A program made the position numbers and the translations under genes. 64,000 bases of DNA from the NCBI GenBank assembly GCA_041742075.1, contig JBGSJJ010000016.1, positions 83,128-147,127 of the forward strand, in the 5' to 3' direction. Shown here in pieces: positions 17,650 to 28,222 of this stretch (its first letter is position 1; the number at the start of each line of letters is the position of its first letter). The notes under the pieces were generated by a model. The model was not told where the DNA came from. It saw nothing but the letters and a program-made list of their open reading frames with translations, and did no database searches. Origin of the DNA: Minisyncoccia bacterium. GTDB lineage: Bacteria; Patescibacteriota; Minisyncoccia; Phycocordibacterales; UBA918.

Positions 17650-19224
17650 TTAGTATTGGTATTTATCTCTTAGTGCACTCTGTTCTGGTGTGGCGGTGGT
17701 ATCGACAAAACCACTGCTATTTTTGGCAGCCTCGTATTTCAACAAGAAAGCGTTGACCTTATCTACTTCAGCTTGAATCTGTTCAGGGCTCAGACGTTGT
17801 GCATCAAGAGATGATGCGGTCGAAGTCATGAGCTCGACGTCACGGTTGGACATCTGTGGACCGAAGAACTTTTTGATATTCGGATCTGTTACTAAAGTGA
17901 GAAGGTTTGATTTGACGGTATCAACATAAGCTTGAAGTTGTCTAAATGAAGAATCGCCGATAAAGGTGTCACCAAGAGTTCTACTGATTGCGCTAGGACC
18001 GGCAGCGCTTTTGAGTTTCTGCACATTTTCGAGTGCACTTTTGAGCGTACCGATTTGGTAAATCGAGTCTTGTGTAGATGTTGAACTAGTGAGTGCTGTG
18101 ATGACAGCATTCTTGAGGTTTGCGGGCACGTTTGCGATTGTGGCTTTTCCTGCATTGATCTGACTTACCCATGAATCAACAACAGGATCGGAAGCTGTGC
18201 CAGATCCACCGGTTGGTGCGTATGTCTTTGCCTTGGAAGCGATGACTGTTGTTTTGCCAGTGACAGGATCGTAAACGTAGCGTGCCTGACCTTCACCAAG
18301 ATCGAATTGATTGATTTCTGATTTTGTTTTTTCAGTATCAACTTTCTTTTTTTCAAGATCAGCTGCCGATTTAGCAGCCTCTTGATCTGCTGCAACTTTT
18401 TGAGCTTTAACATCAGAGAATATTGATATGAGCTGGTCTTTGCTGAAGCCATATTGATCTTGAATCTTCTCAAAGTCTGCATCACTGATTTCTTTCGGAT
18501 CAACTCCAAGAGCGAGCATGTTTTTAAGGAATGAAGTGATTTGATCTTTCTTTCTCTGACCCTGAGTTTCAAGGAATTGGAAATACTTATCAGCACCCTG
18601 CTGAATCGCAACACGCTTAGCTTCAATTTCGGCAGTAGCATCTCTAGTTGCCGCACCAAGAAGAGATGAGATCTTTACATTCGCTTCACTTCGATATGTT
18701 TGCTCCTCTTGATTGTTATAATTTTCTGTTGTCTGAAACTCTGATTCTCCTGTAGCACTTCCAATTCGGCCACCGGCTGCTGCGAGTGCGTACGATTGGC
18801 CTTGGCGATTCTTGCCTGTAGTATTCCTGAAGTTTGCAATTTGATCGCTCACAGCGGCGTTTATGGCGTCAATTTGCCCTTGAATACGTGCTCTTGTAGC
18901 TGATCTTATAGCTTCCTCGTTTACAGTGTCGGTTGCTTGGTTCTTGTAGGTTTTCCCTATTTGTGTCGTTGTAGAATCTTCCACATAGCTTGGGACTGTA
19001 ACTTTTGCTACCTGAGCTATGGTCTGTTTTGTGTTGTTTGTTGTAGGAGCTGGTGTCTGTGCAGGTGCAGGAGTTGAATTTCCTAACGACAAAGAACGCC
19101 CAGCATATATTTTGTTGGGATCTGTAACTGAGGGATTCAAAGTCATGAGCTCTTGCATGCTTTTCCCTGTCTTTGATGCGATTCCACTTAAGGTATCGCC
19201 GTACTGTATCGTGTAGGAAGACAT
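17650..19224 (-). CDS. LysM-domain virion/ejection protein
   Basis: N-terminal YTIQYGDTLSGIA..LNP..DPNKIYAG LysM followed by coiled coils. Confidence 0.75.
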   Translation of the reverse strand: MSSYTIQYGDTLSGIASKTGKSMQELMTLNPSVTDPNKIYAGRSLSLGNSTPAPAQTPAPTTNNTKQTIAQVAKVTVPSYVEDSTTTQIGKTYKNQATDTVNEEAIRSATRARIQGQIDAINAAVSDQIANFRNTTGKNRQGQSYALAAAGGRIGSATGESEFQTTENYNNQEEQTYRSEANVKISSLLGAATRDATAEIEAKRVAIQQGADKYFQFLETQGQRKKDQITSFLKNMLALGVDPKEISDADFEKIQDQYGFSKDQLISIFSDVKAQKVAADQEAAKSAADLEKKKVDTEKTKSEINQFDLGEGQARYVYDPVTGKTTVIASKAKTYAPTGGSGTASDPVVDSWVSQINAGKATIANVPANLKNAVITALTSSTSTQDSIYQIGTLKSALENVQKLKSAAGPSAISRTLGDTFIGDSSFRQLQAYVDTVKSNLLTLVTDPNIKKFFGPQMSNRDVELMTSTASSLDAQRLSPEQIQAEVDKVNAFLLKYEAAKNSSGFVDTTATPEQSALRDKYQY

Positions 19225-19230
19225 GTGTTT

Positions 19231-21327
19231 TTATTCGATCGATGTTACGAGATTAGGCATCATGAAGAACAGGTCGACCGCTCCTGGATTCTTTATTTTG
19301 AGTGCCGCCTCAAATCGATAGAGCGGAAGCCGGACGATTACACCCTCAATGGCTCCGGGGATAGTCTTGTTGTAGGTACCGACTAATTCATCATCAAGAT
19401 AAACTTCAAAGCTGAATGGCTTGTCAGTCCATGCAACAATTCCGCCATTAACATTGTTGTCGGTCGCTATAAATACCCATCCATTTGTCGTAATCGCCGG
19501 ATCAGCGGCACGCTGGATGTTGTTAGTCTCAGCACTCTTTTGCATGAAGTTTGTCTGATAGGTACCGTCATCCCAGATGCTGTGGGTATACGGGATATCA
19601 TTGATAGTCATCTGATTGTTCACGAGATCAAATGTCAGCTTTGCCACACGGTTCTGTGGCTTGTTCCACCACATCCAATTATTCGCATCCAGCTTCTTGA
19701 GGTAGTTAATGTTTGAATCGAATACGCCGTTTCTCATCTCAAGTGTGTGAGAGATAGATGTTGTATTTACCGATACGGTAAGCATGATGAATCTCGATCG
19801 GTCACGTCCTCGATATGGATGCAACTGTCCCCATGGGTGGTAATAGACAAACTTATCCGTTGCCACTTGTACCAAATTGGTGGCTCTATAACCACCGTTT
19901 CCATCGTATCCGATTATGATTGATGCCTGAATTGTTGGTGTTGTACCTGTTACTGTGATTACGGAAGACTTCATACGTGATACTGAAGTGTCCCAGAAGA
20001 TGAGCTGTGCTTTATCAGTGCCGTTTTGCACAATTTGCGGAAAGGTAGAGGTTGCCTGGTTCACTACTGATCCGTATGAGGGAACAGTTCCTGAAAGCGT
20101 CACAACATAAATCGATAAGGTGGTCCCGGTGTAAACCGCAAGAAGAGCCTTATCGGTATCAAGTTTGCAGAGTTTTTTCCATGTGAAGTTTGTTGCGGCA
20201 ACTTGCACTGGAGTGTTCACTGATGCAACAGTGCCTGATACCGTGATCGTGGCGGTGTGAGTGAAGGTACTTGCTCCATGTCCGAATGTGCAGAGAATTT
20301 TGTTTGTGTTTACAAGGACCGCATCAAAGTTGGAATCATACTGATCGAGCGTTGTAATGATGGCAGGAGTTCCCCACGTGATAGTTCCATTTGTTGCAAG
20401 TTGTCCAATGATGACATAGATACCTGCCGTTCCTGCCTGTTGTCGATAGAAAAGTGCAAACCGATCATCTCCCATTTCCACAGTCAGGAATGTAATGTTG
20501 TTTGTGCTTTCTGCAAACGGAGATGAGATGGCGGACTGCCACTCGGGTCGCTTAATGAACGATTTAACATTCAACACATCGATTCGCTTAACAAGTCGAT
20601 CTAAATTATTTGGCATGAAAATCTTTCGGGTCGCTCCGGCGAGGAGCTTGTACTCCTTCATCGGGAAATTCATGACAGCGTGTCTATGCTGCCACAAGCG
20701 ATCATTCGAAGCGTCTTCTTCTCCAGCTCCGTGATAGTACATTTCTCGAACGTTGTACTGTTGAGCGGAGTTGTTATTTACACCTGCGTAGTAATGAGGA
20801 TGTATCATTGAGTCGGCATCGGACTCATCTACACCCACTACTGTGGTTCCTAGAGTTGCCGCATCCCACTGATTTCCTGCTCCGGCAAGTGCTTCACCAA
20901 GCACGATTGAGTTGCCCGCTATACCACCCACCTTTGCAATAGCAATGAGTGTATTTGTTAGTGAACCTACTTTTGCATATGCAGTCGGATGCAGGGTTGT
21001 CTGTGTTGTGTATTGAGAGTTTGGAGTTCCTTCAAGATTAATTGCCACAGCTAGATTCGCAATCGACTCTTCTTTAGTTGCACCAATCTTCACCTGTCCA
21101 TCGACACCAGTGAGCGTATTCACGAAGACGTACGTTTTGGAATCAATGAGCACGGTTTCGCCGTTCACCACATTAAGTGCAAGAGTGAGAGTTCCTCTGG
21201 CTTTTACGGCTGGATACCTCATTTGCCCCAGACGATTAACTTCCATCATCATTACTTGAGGGAATAGCCATTGCCCTTTTGGAGAGACTGACTGAGGTTT
21301 CTTGTCTGTGAATAGTGTTACGCTCAT
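19231..21327 (-). CDS. Tail fibre/receptor-binding protein
   Basis: Thr/Gly-rich beta repeats (TVSGT..GT) in the tail module. Confidence 0.6.
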   Translation of the reverse strand: MSVTLFTDKKPQSVSPKGQWLFPQVMMMEVNRLGQMRYPAVKARGTLTLALNVVNGETVLIDSKTYVFVNTLTGVDGQVKIGATKEESIANLAVAINLEGTPNSQYTTQTTLHPTAYAKVGSLTNTLIAIAKVGGIAGNSIVLGEALAGAGNQWDAATLGTTVVGVDESDADSMIHPHYYAGVNNNSAQQYNVREMYYHGAGEEDASNDRLWQHRHAVMNFPMKEYKLLAGATRKIFMPNNLDRLVKRIDVLNVKSFIKRPEWQSAISSPFAESTNNITFLTVEMGDDRFALFYRQQAGTAGIYVIIGQLATNGTITWGTPAIITTLDQYDSNFDAVLVNTNKILCTFGHGASTFTHTATITVSGTVASVNTPVQVAATNFTWKKLCKLDTDKALLAVYTGTTLSIYVVTLSGTVPSYGSVVNQATSTFPQIVQNGTDKAQLIFWDTSVSRMKSSVITVTGTTPTIQASIIIGYDGNGGYRATNLVQVATDKFVYYHPWGQLHPYRGRDRSRFIMLTVSVNTTSISHTLEMRNGVFDSNINYLKKLDANNWMWWNKPQNRVAKLTFDLVNNQMTINDIPYTHSIWDDGTYQTNFMQKSAETNNIQRAADPAITTNGWVFIATDNNVNGGIVAWTDKPFSFEVYLDDELVGTYNKTIPGAIEGVIVRLPLYRFEAALKIKNPGAVDLFFMMPNLVTSIE

Positions 21328-21338
21328 AAATTTATTTT

Positions 21339-22115
21339 TTAATTTGTTACTTTGCTAATAAGTCGGCCATCGACAGTGGTTATTTTTGATCTCGAAATGC
21401 CATCGTAGAAAGCATACAGATAGCCATTCAGGTCGTATTGCATGACATACGTTTTTCCATTCACGTTGTCATGAATGGACCGAACAGTTCCATCTTCATT
21501 TCTGACCACATCTACGTTCTCGAACCCTGCAGAAATTCCCACAAGAGCTGCGGCCATAAGCTGCGACAATGTGACTGGCTGATTTGCTGATACAGCACTT
21601 GGAATTGTCGGAGACAGAGCGAAAGAATTCTGTCCGGTAAAGACATTGTTTGCATCGAGTTCTGCCTTATTTGCTAGAGATGTGTCGATGTACTCTTTAT
21701 CGGGAATATGATGTGGATCGGTGAGAGCGGGAGCGGAATCGTATTTAAGAGGTTTTGATCCATCAAACACCTCGTCACCGTTCAACATGTCGACGATGAT
21801 CTTGAGATTCACGAAATCGGTCAGGTAACATTTTGATCCCGCTCGATGACCATTTAAGTTTTGTACCCCTACCACCTGTGCACCTTGGCGAGATACACTA
21901 ACAATGTTGGACATCGCATTTCCTGTAAGATCGAACAAAAGATGTTCTTCATCTCCAGTTCCTCGGTCAACAATCATGCAGTATTTCGCATTGGGTAGGA
22001 CCACTCCGTTCTTATCGGTTATGCTGGTCAGAGCACCTGCAATAGCACCGTTCCCGAGCTTAGTTGCAAGCGAGGTTTCGAAGTTTGCGACGACTTTGGT
22101 GAGTTTTGATACCAT
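21339..22115 (-). CDS. Tail fibre-associated protein
   Basis: KEYID, NVFTGQNSF, QPVTLSQL fibre-type motifs. Confidence 0.6.
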   Translation of the reverse strand: MVSKLTKVVANFETSLATKLGNGAIAGALTSITDKNGVVLPNAKYCMIVDRGTGDEEHLLFDLTGNAMSNIVSVSRQGAQVVGVQNLNGHRAGSKCYLTDFVNLKIIVDMLNGDEVFDGSKPLKYDSAPALTDPHHIPDKEYIDTSLANKAELDANNVFTGQNSFALSPTIPSAVSANQPVTLSQLMAAALVGISAGFENVDVVRNEDGTVRSIHDNVNGKTYVMQYDLNGYLYAFYDGISRSKITTVDGRLISKVTN

Positions 22116-22121
22116 ACCAAA

Positions 22122-22160
22122 AGTATGGATTCAAAAAAGTGCAAAACATGGTGCATTACT
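22122..22160 (-). promoter_or_regulatory. Phage late-promoter motif (tail fibre operon)
   Basis: AGTAATGCACC-N22-CATACT, 6 nt before the ATG. Confidence 0.75.
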
Positions 22161-24057
22161 GGTTCACATTCTCACCATCAAGACTGACATGCTGTTTTTG
22201 TCGATAAACCTTGGGTAATTTGTCCTCGTAAGTCAGGATATCCCAGTCAACCGACTCCATGATGCTCACATAGCCAATCCCCTTTGCTATGAATCTGATA
22301 CTTCTCCGTCTGAATTTGGGTATCTTCATTGCTTTAATATGCATTTCAAACGGATACACTTTTGCCTCTCCATCTCCACCGATTGCTGCCTCTCCGACCA
22401 TGGTCGTACCAACACTTGACGGACTTGTTCTGTTTACGTATGTCGCATCCCCACGAATTGTGCCGATAAGAACGTATCCGGCTCCATCAAAGTCGGCATA
22501 GACCTCCACGTATTGAGCAGGATCGATCTCGCCTCGATATCGAAGTCTTCGATATTTCTTCAGTCTTCGGACTCCGTAGGTTTCGTATTTGCTATCCCAG
22601 TTGTTTTGAATTACATAGCTGTCATCGTCGAATCCATTCAAAATTTTATAAACAGTTTGTGTGTGAGGACTTCCGCCATAGAGAACGCCTGAATCCTTGG
22701 CGAGTGCCTTCATTCCATAGTTTGAAATGTCGACAGTGTTTTTTACAATGTCGATGATTAATGTTAGGTCATTGACGATGCTATTTTGTGCACGACACGA
22801 GAGAACAATAAATTGTCCGTACGTTTCCATAACAGTATCGGAGTAATCAAACTGCTCCCAGGCAAAGTGAGGAATAAGTTCAGTGGCAAGGATGTCATCG
22901 CCCAGAGGGTTCTTTTCAAGGACTGTAAGTTGTGGACGATCGGGGTTTGCGGTGTTGATGAAGACCACTCCACGACCTGTGGTCACTACACTCTTTCTAG
23001 TTTGCACACCAATGTTTCGTCGGACCACTTGGTTATTGAAAGTCTTATCATCGTCAGTGTACTTATGCTGATATGCACTCTGTTTTTTAAGTGAGTAGTA
23101 GTTTCCATCAATTCCAATCACTAGCTGTTGGATTGCATCACCTCCTTCATCCTGTCGAATGACATCTCCTTCACCAGCAAGACGGGATGCGCTGTAGGTA
23201 AAATCGGCAACACCTTTGCTCGTGCTGTTTTCCCAGACATATGTTGCTTGAATATTGTTTGCTGAGGCTGAAGGTATTGTTACGAAGGTTACGCTCCATG
23301 CACCTGTGATGTAATTGATTGTGCCGACACCACCTACAGTTCCTTTAAGTCCCCCATTTTTATCGTCAGTAAATATTTCGCCACCCACGTCGGTACATTT
23401 GATAGTCACGAGTCCACAGTTTCTTTTTGGTTGACCAGACTTGAACAACAGCACACCTAAGAATGTTGTCTGTGATCCGTTTCCACTTGCAGCATTCTCA
23501 TTGGATATCTGTGTGAAGCTCGTACCGGCACGTTGTACATCAATATAGCTTCGGTAAAGTGCCGTTGTATCTTTTGCTATGCCCCAGAGATACATTCTCG
23601 CCTTGTCTATGAGCGGGAATCCACAGAAGAAGTCAGTGGTCGTATAAAGTTGGATATGGTCATTCGGATTAGCGTTTGCAAATTTGAAAAGCCCACCTGG
23701 ACCACCCGCAAACGTCCACGCACCAGTGAGCGAGCTATAATTGGTAAAAATATAAAGATCGTTTGGATTTAACCCTGTGACTACACTTATCCATGTGATC
23801 CCATTGAAGTATTGAATTGCTGTCGCCACCTTTCTCCAAAGAATAGCTGAACCGTTTGCCTTATATCCGATGTGTATTGCAGGACACGCACCAGCAGAAC
23901 CCTCATCTCCCACTGTCACTTTTCCCCGAGCGAGTTCTATACGCCCATCGATAGTTATCCAATTTAAAGACTCCTTGGCACTATCTTTAGGAGTGTCCTC
24001 GTTATCTTCTCGGTTATGCACTCCTGAAGCAAATTTTTTGATCTCATGGTTTGCCAT
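22156..24057 (-). CDS. Tail hub/nozzle (P22 gp10/T7 gp12-like) protein
   Basis: 633 aa beta-rich, follows the adaptor gene. Confidence 0.65.
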   Translation of the reverse strand: MANHEIKKFASGVHNREDNEDTPKDSAKESLNWITIDGRIELARGKVTVGDEGSAGACPAIHIGYKANGSAILWRKVATAIQYFNGITWISVVTGLNPNDLYIFTNYSSLTGAWTFAGGPGGLFKFANANPNDHIQLYTTTDFFCGFPLIDKARMYLWGIAKDTTALYRSYIDVQRAGTSFTQISNENAASGNGSQTTFLGVLLFKSGQPKRNCGLVTIKCTDVGGEIFTDDKNGGLKGTVGGVGTINYITGAWSVTFVTIPSASANNIQATYVWENSTSKGVADFTYSASRLAGEGDVIRQDEGGDAIQQLVIGIDGNYYSLKKQSAYQHKYTDDDKTFNNQVVRRNIGVQTRKSVVTTGRGVVFINTANPDRPQLTVLEKNPLGDDILATELIPHFAWEQFDYSDTVMETYGQFIVLSCRAQNSIVNDLTLIIDIVKNTVDISNYGMKALAKDSGVLYGGSPHTQTVYKILNGFDDDSYVIQNNWDSKYETYGVRRLKKYRRLRYRGEIDPAQYVEVYADFDGAGYVLIGTIRGDATYVNRTSPSSVGTTMVGEAAIGGDGEAKVYPFEMHIKAMKIPKFRRRSIRFIAKGIGYVSIMESVDWDILTYEDKLPKVYRQKQHVSLDGENVNQ

Positions 24058-24060
24058 AAA

Positions 24061-24690
24061 TTATGCGAGTTTAAAGCGAGCATCTCGCAGTTTAAGATTT
24101 TTAAGGTAACGTTGGTATTGCACAGCGTTATCCTGCATATTGCTTCTGGCCTTTTCGCATTTCTTGATAATGTCCTCATCAATAAGCATTGAGAAAACAA
24201 TCATTGGATGGTATTCAGGTGGAAGCTTTGGAGACGTTGCAACAGTGATGTCATCAGGACTTGTTTTGTAGTCGTATTCGTATGCAGCACCCACGCCTGG
24301 ACTCTGTGCAAAGTTTATCTTTCCGTCTGAGAGATCAATCCAACACACATTGCTGAAGCTGCTCGCATTTCTTTGTCCCATTGGAACTACCAGATACGGT
24401 GCTTTCTGGCTGCCTATGTACACGACTTTCATTACTGGTTCTCCATATGCCGCATCGTCACTAAAGTTTTCAAGAAATTCATCGAAGTCGGATGAAAGAG
24501 TTATCTTTCCATCACTTTCGATTACTCCGGCTTTCTTTCGGCGTAAAAACTCCCACGGTTGTTCCATGTAAACAAGGCGCAACTTGTCGTTTGCGAGGAT
24601 AAGTTCTTCATCGCTCGACAGATCGGTTGTATCGTCTGTATAAAGCTCGAAGCGGTCTATGATTTGTTGTCCTGTAAGTGGTGTTGCCAT
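24061..24690 (-). CDS. Head-tail adaptor protein
   Basis: Position after capsid; PWEFL and PKLPPEYHPMIV adaptor-type motifs. Confidence 0.65.
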   Translation of the reverse strand: MATPLTGQQIIDRFELYTDDTTDLSSDEELILANDKLRLVYMEQPWEFLRRKKAGVIESDGKITLSSDFDEFLENFSDDAAYGEPVMKVVYIGSQKAPYLVVPMGQRNASSFSNVCWIDLSDGKINFAQSPGVGAAYEYDYKTSPDDITVATSPKLPPEYHPMIVFSMLIDEDIIKKCEKARSNMQDNAVQYQRYLKNLKLRDARFKLA

Positions 24691-24774
24691 AATTGTTTTT
24701 AATTCTCACTGCCAGAGACAAAGCTAAGTTTGACCCTGGCACTGAGCCCGAGCGTACTCGGGACAGTGTGTCTG

Positions 24775-25977
24775 TTAAGACTGGAGAAGAACGTCGAGGA
24801 ACTGTGGCTTTCCGTCTGCGAAGGTAAAGATTCCGTAGATTGCATCTGCACGGATGATCTTTGCTCGCTGGTACGGGTCATCAACCATTTCCATCTCGGC
24901 AAGGTCTTGGATGACCACGTCGATCGCACCCTTCTTACCGTAGTAAGCGTGTACGAGGTTCTTGGTAACTGTGTATGTGGCGTTTCCACCGAATACAAGT
25001 CGTCCTGAACCAGTTCCGGTAATGGTGATAGTGTCCGCACCATCGTTATCGACCGCAGCAAGCTGCAAGTCGACCCAGTTTGACTGGTCGTAGTTTGGAT
25101 CGACATCTGTCCAAGCGACATACTTAACTCCTGCGGTACCAGTTGTCTGGTGAATCGCATCGATGAGGTTATCTCGAGTGGCATCAACTCCTGCTTCGAT
25201 AAGCACGTTGCCTGGTGTAGTTCCGATTGCGGCTACAAAGGTGTACACGTATCCGTTGACAGAGAATGTCTGAGCAGCGGTTGGGTTGGCTGACATCGTG
25301 ATGATCGCTTCAGCAAGAAGGTTCTCAGAGAGATAAAGCTCTGCACCACCTACTGGACCTGCATAACCGTTTTTAAATGCGGCTGCTGCAAGGTCAATAT
25401 TCTTCGACATAACGTACTGTTCGATCACTGATCCACCGTAACTGTCGAGGACAAGCGCAAGACTTGTGAGGTCTTGGTTTGCCTTTCGGAGTTTCGCACG
25501 TCCCTGAGCCAATAGCTGAGGAATGTTTGAAGTGGAAAGAGTGATGGCTGTTCCGTTCGACGTCATTGTGGTGAGGTCGCCGGTGTCGAATGTCTGCTGA
25601 GCTTTCTTCACTTCAGCAAACACATCGGCATCGATGTATCGAGACAGCTTCTTTGCTACCTCAGCACCGATTGTCTCTGCCGGATTCAGTGGGCCTGACT
25701 GAATCATTTCTTTCTTCGAGACACGGAAGTCCGCACCCTTGTTCTTGTTGACCAAGAGAGTCTCACCAGAGTCATTGAGCTGGTCAATGGTTCGGTTTAC
25801 ACCGATGGTGATGTTACGCACACGGATTGGTGCGAGAGAATACTTCACACGTTTTACTGATGCTCCATACTCGAGTTTCTTCTCGAGACGTGTGTTGGCG
25901 ATCTCCATAGCCACGAGCACTTTGTCGAATACCGCTTGATAGGCGTTATCGAACTGTTCTTTGAATTGTACTAACAT
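24775..25977 (-). CDS. Major capsid protein (P22-like) with inserted domain
   Basis: 400 aa after the scaffold; YLSENL and ADAIYG coat-type motifs. Confidence 0.8.
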   Translation of the reverse strand: MLVQFKEQFDNAYQAVFDKVLVAMEIANTRLEKKLEYGASVKRVKYSLAPIRVRNITIGVNRTIDQLNDSGETLLVNKNKGADFRVSKKEMIQSGPLNPAETIGAEVAKKLSRYIDADVFAEVKKAQQTFDTGDLTTMTSNGTAITLSTSNIPQLLAQGRAKLRKANQDLTSLALVLDSYGGSVIEQYVMSKNIDLAAAAFKNGYAGPVGGAELYLSENLLAEAIITMSANPTAAQTFSVNGYVYTFVAAIGTTPGNVLIEAGVDATRDNLIDAIHQTTGTAGVKYVAWTDVDPNYDQSNWVDLQLAAVDNDGADTITITGTGSGRLVFGGNATYTVTKNLVHAYYGKKGAIDVVIQDLAEMEMVDDPYQRAKIIRADAIYGIFTFADGKPQFLDVLLQS

Positions 25978-26022
25978 GGTTGGATAAAAATTTAATGAAT
26001 AAATTTACCCTTCCAGAATCAA

Positions 26023-26877
26023 TTACTTTCGATGACGTGATCGGTGAGTCAATCGGTCGATAAGACCATCTTGGTACTTCTCGAATTCCTGTCCTCCTTT
26101 CTGACGAGACTGAGCGATGCGCTTGTGATCATCTTCGCTTGGAGTCTTGTAGTCTGGCTCCTTCTGATGATTGTTCCCCTGAGAGCTGTAGCCTTCCATG
26201 CCTGGTTCTGGCTGTTCAGAGTCGCCATAGAGTTCCTCGAGAATGTCTTCCATCGTGCGACCAAGGTTTTCCTCGCTCGACATGATGTATTTCTTCACGG
26301 CTTCCTTTTTGGCAACCTTGGCAAGATCTGGGTTATCAGCAATCACACGATCAAACTCTTTCGAGATTGCTCCTGTAATCTGAGCGTTAGAGATTTCTTT
26401 CGACTGCGCTTCAGTCTTTTTCTTAATGTCTTTGATATCTGTAAGGTACTCGTCTTCGAATTGCTTCTTGGACTTGGTGAGGAGGATGCTTGCAAGCTTC
26501 TGAACAAACTTCGGCTGCAATTCCCACTCTTTGGCGAGTTCGTCGAGTTCGTCTAATGCGTCATCGGCGGTTGTACCTCCTTTCTTGATCTGCTGCTGCA
26601 AATCTCGAATGGTAGGGATGACCTCGTCACGGATCATCTTTTTCATTTCACGATTCTCTTTCTTGAGGTCGACTATGAGACTTTCTTTCTCATCGCCTTC
26701 CGCAGGCTTACCTGCTTTAGAATCACTTTCAGCTCCTGCAACTTGTGCAATCGATTGACCATTTGAAGGGTTGTCTGAATCTTTCTTGCCACCCTTATCG
26801 GTTGGCTGAGATTCCCCTGTAGCTTTTCCTGACTTATCGTCAGCGGGTGCTGCTTCCTGGTTGTATGGTTTTGGCAT
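26023..26877 (-). CDS. Scaffolding protein
   Basis: Charged low-complexity N-terminus and coiled coil, directly before the capsid. Confidence 0.7.
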   Translation of the reverse strand: MPKPYNQEAAPADDKSGKATGESQPTDKGGKKDSDNPSNGQSIAQVAGAESDSKAGKPAEGDEKESLIVDLKKENREMKKMIRDEVIPTIRDLQQQIKKGGTTADDALDELDELAKEWELQPKFVQKLASILLTKSKKQFEDEYLTDIKDIKKKTEAQSKEISNAQITGAISKEFDRVIADNPDLAKVAKKEAVKKYIMSSEENLGRTMEDILEELYGDSEQPEPGMEGYSSQGNNHQKEPDYKTPSEDDHKRIAQSRQKGGQEFEKYQDGLIDRLTHRSRHRK

Positions 26878-26985
26878 ATACGTTTTATATTTCGATGGTT
26901 TCGCCCCATCGTTGCTCGATTGTGGAACGCAGAGCATTAGCGCATTACCTTTTTATTAATAAGAGGTTGGCCCCTCTATGTAATT

Positions 26986-27024
26986 AGTTTGATGCCATAA
27001 GAAAGCAAAAAGTGGTGCATTACT
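26986..27024 (-). promoter_or_regulatory. Phage late-promoter motif (scaffold/capsid operon)
   Basis: AGTAATGCACC-N22-CAAACT. Confidence 0.7.
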
Positions 27025-27031
27025 TTTACAT

Positions 27032-27061
27032 AAGAAAAACCACCGGCTTCCCGATGGTTTT
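27032..27061 (-). terminator. Intrinsic terminator
   Basis: AAAACCATCGG-GAAG-CCGGTGGTTTTTCTT. Confidence 0.7.
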
Positions 27062-27098
27062 GTCTTTAGAATTTCTTTATCTTTTCTTTATGAATTCT

Positions 27099-27491
27099 TT
27101 ATTTCGTTGCTTCGGCTGCTGCACTTGGTCGCTTTCGTGCAAGCTCGTCGAGCAAGGTATCTAAATCTTCATCAGCACCGATGAATCGTCGTAACATCTG
27201 CACTGACGCTTCAAACCTTGCGACTACGGAGATGAGCTTTCCAAGTTCAGGAGTATCGTGAAGAACAGCGAACAATTCGTTCATTGCCTTTCGTGATTCG
27301 TTTTGCAATCTTTCGATTGTGTCCTTTCCTGCTGGAGTCTTGGACCATGAGACAAGATCACTTGCTACGTCGATTGCCTGACTGATTTCTTTTACTTCGG
27401 CTTCGTCAGCTTCTTTCTGCTCTGCATTCGCTTCTTCTAAAGCGTTATGTGGACCTGTTAGATCTGGTTGTGTTTCTGGTGTTTCGCTCAT
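27099..27491 (-). CDS. Phage hypothetical protein (head module)
   Basis: 130-aa ORF in a tightly packed operon. Confidence 0.7.
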   Translation of the reverse strand: MSETPETQPDLTGPHNALEEANAEQKEADEAEVKEISQAIDVASDLVSWSKTPAGKDTIERLQNESRKAMNELFAVLHDTPELGKLISVVARFEASVQMLRRFIGADEDLDTLLDELARKRPSAAAEATK

Positions 27492-27862
27492 AGCTTTAGT
27501 TGCTTACGGACTTCTTTGTCCTCGCTAGTAATCGTGCGCAGGATTCGCTTCGCTTCTTTCTCCTGATCCTTGAACTGTCTCGCTTTGTTTTCTTGGATCG
27601 ATAGCATGATGAGTGCGTGACGCTTCTTAGATGTCAGCTTTTTCATGAATGCTACAAGGTCAGGATTGGCTCTTCGGATATTATCTGCAAGTGCCTCTTG
27701 GAGCTTTGCATTGGCTTCCATTTCCCGTGACTGCTTACGGATCTGTTCGATGTTCCGATTAAGCTCACGCAATGAAAACTCCGCCATCTGCCCATGCTTG
27801 GTGATACGGTAGTCCCCCTTATCCTTCGCCTTCTTCTTGATTTGATAATTAAATTTCAGCAT
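27488..27862 (-). CDS. Phage hypothetical basic coiled-coil protein
   Basis: Overlapping start/stop with neighbours. Confidence 0.7.
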   Translation of the reverse strand: MLKFNYQIKKKAKDKGDYRITKHGQMAEFSLRELNRNIEQIRKQSREMEANAKLQEALADNIRRANPDLVAFMKKLTSKKRHALIMLSIQENKARQFKDQEKEAKRILRTITSEDKEVRKQLKL

Positions 27863-28203
27863 TAGATTGTCGCTTGGCCTACGCCGTTATCTTCGTTTTG
27901 ACGCTCCTGACCTTCGTCGAGTGTCGCAGTTCCTGCTGTGTTTTCGTCTTCAGGATGATTTATCGTAGTATCACTGGAGATACTACGATCAGGGGCAGTA
28001 TTCTCGACCTGAATATCTTTTCCTTCCTGGTTAGTCTCATCGGCATCATTCTGCTTGCATCCGTTGATATCGTAGTCCTCTCGAGCTTCACGTTCAGTAT
28101 TAAATAATGGGCTTCGGTAAATTACCGATCCGTTTTCGTCGTATCGCTTCCATAGCCATTTGCCTTCAGCTTCTACGAATTTTACATTGTTTGATTCAGA
28201 CAT
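27862..28203 (-). CDS. Phage hypothetical protein
   Basis: 113-aa ORF after the portal; GKWLWKRYDENG..IYRS. Confidence 0.65.
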   Translation of the reverse strand: MSESNNVKFVEAEGKWLWKRYDENGSVIYRSPLFNTEREAREDYDINGCKQNDADETNQEGKDIQVENTAPDRSISSDTTINHPEDENTAGTATLDEGQERQNEDNGVGQATI

Positions 28204-28222
28204 AAATTTTATTAGTTAATTA

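Noticed and set aside
18635-18642. Additional GTAGCATC match to the RNA junction
   Set aside because: An isolated 8-mer inside a coding region without flanking structure; expected by chance.
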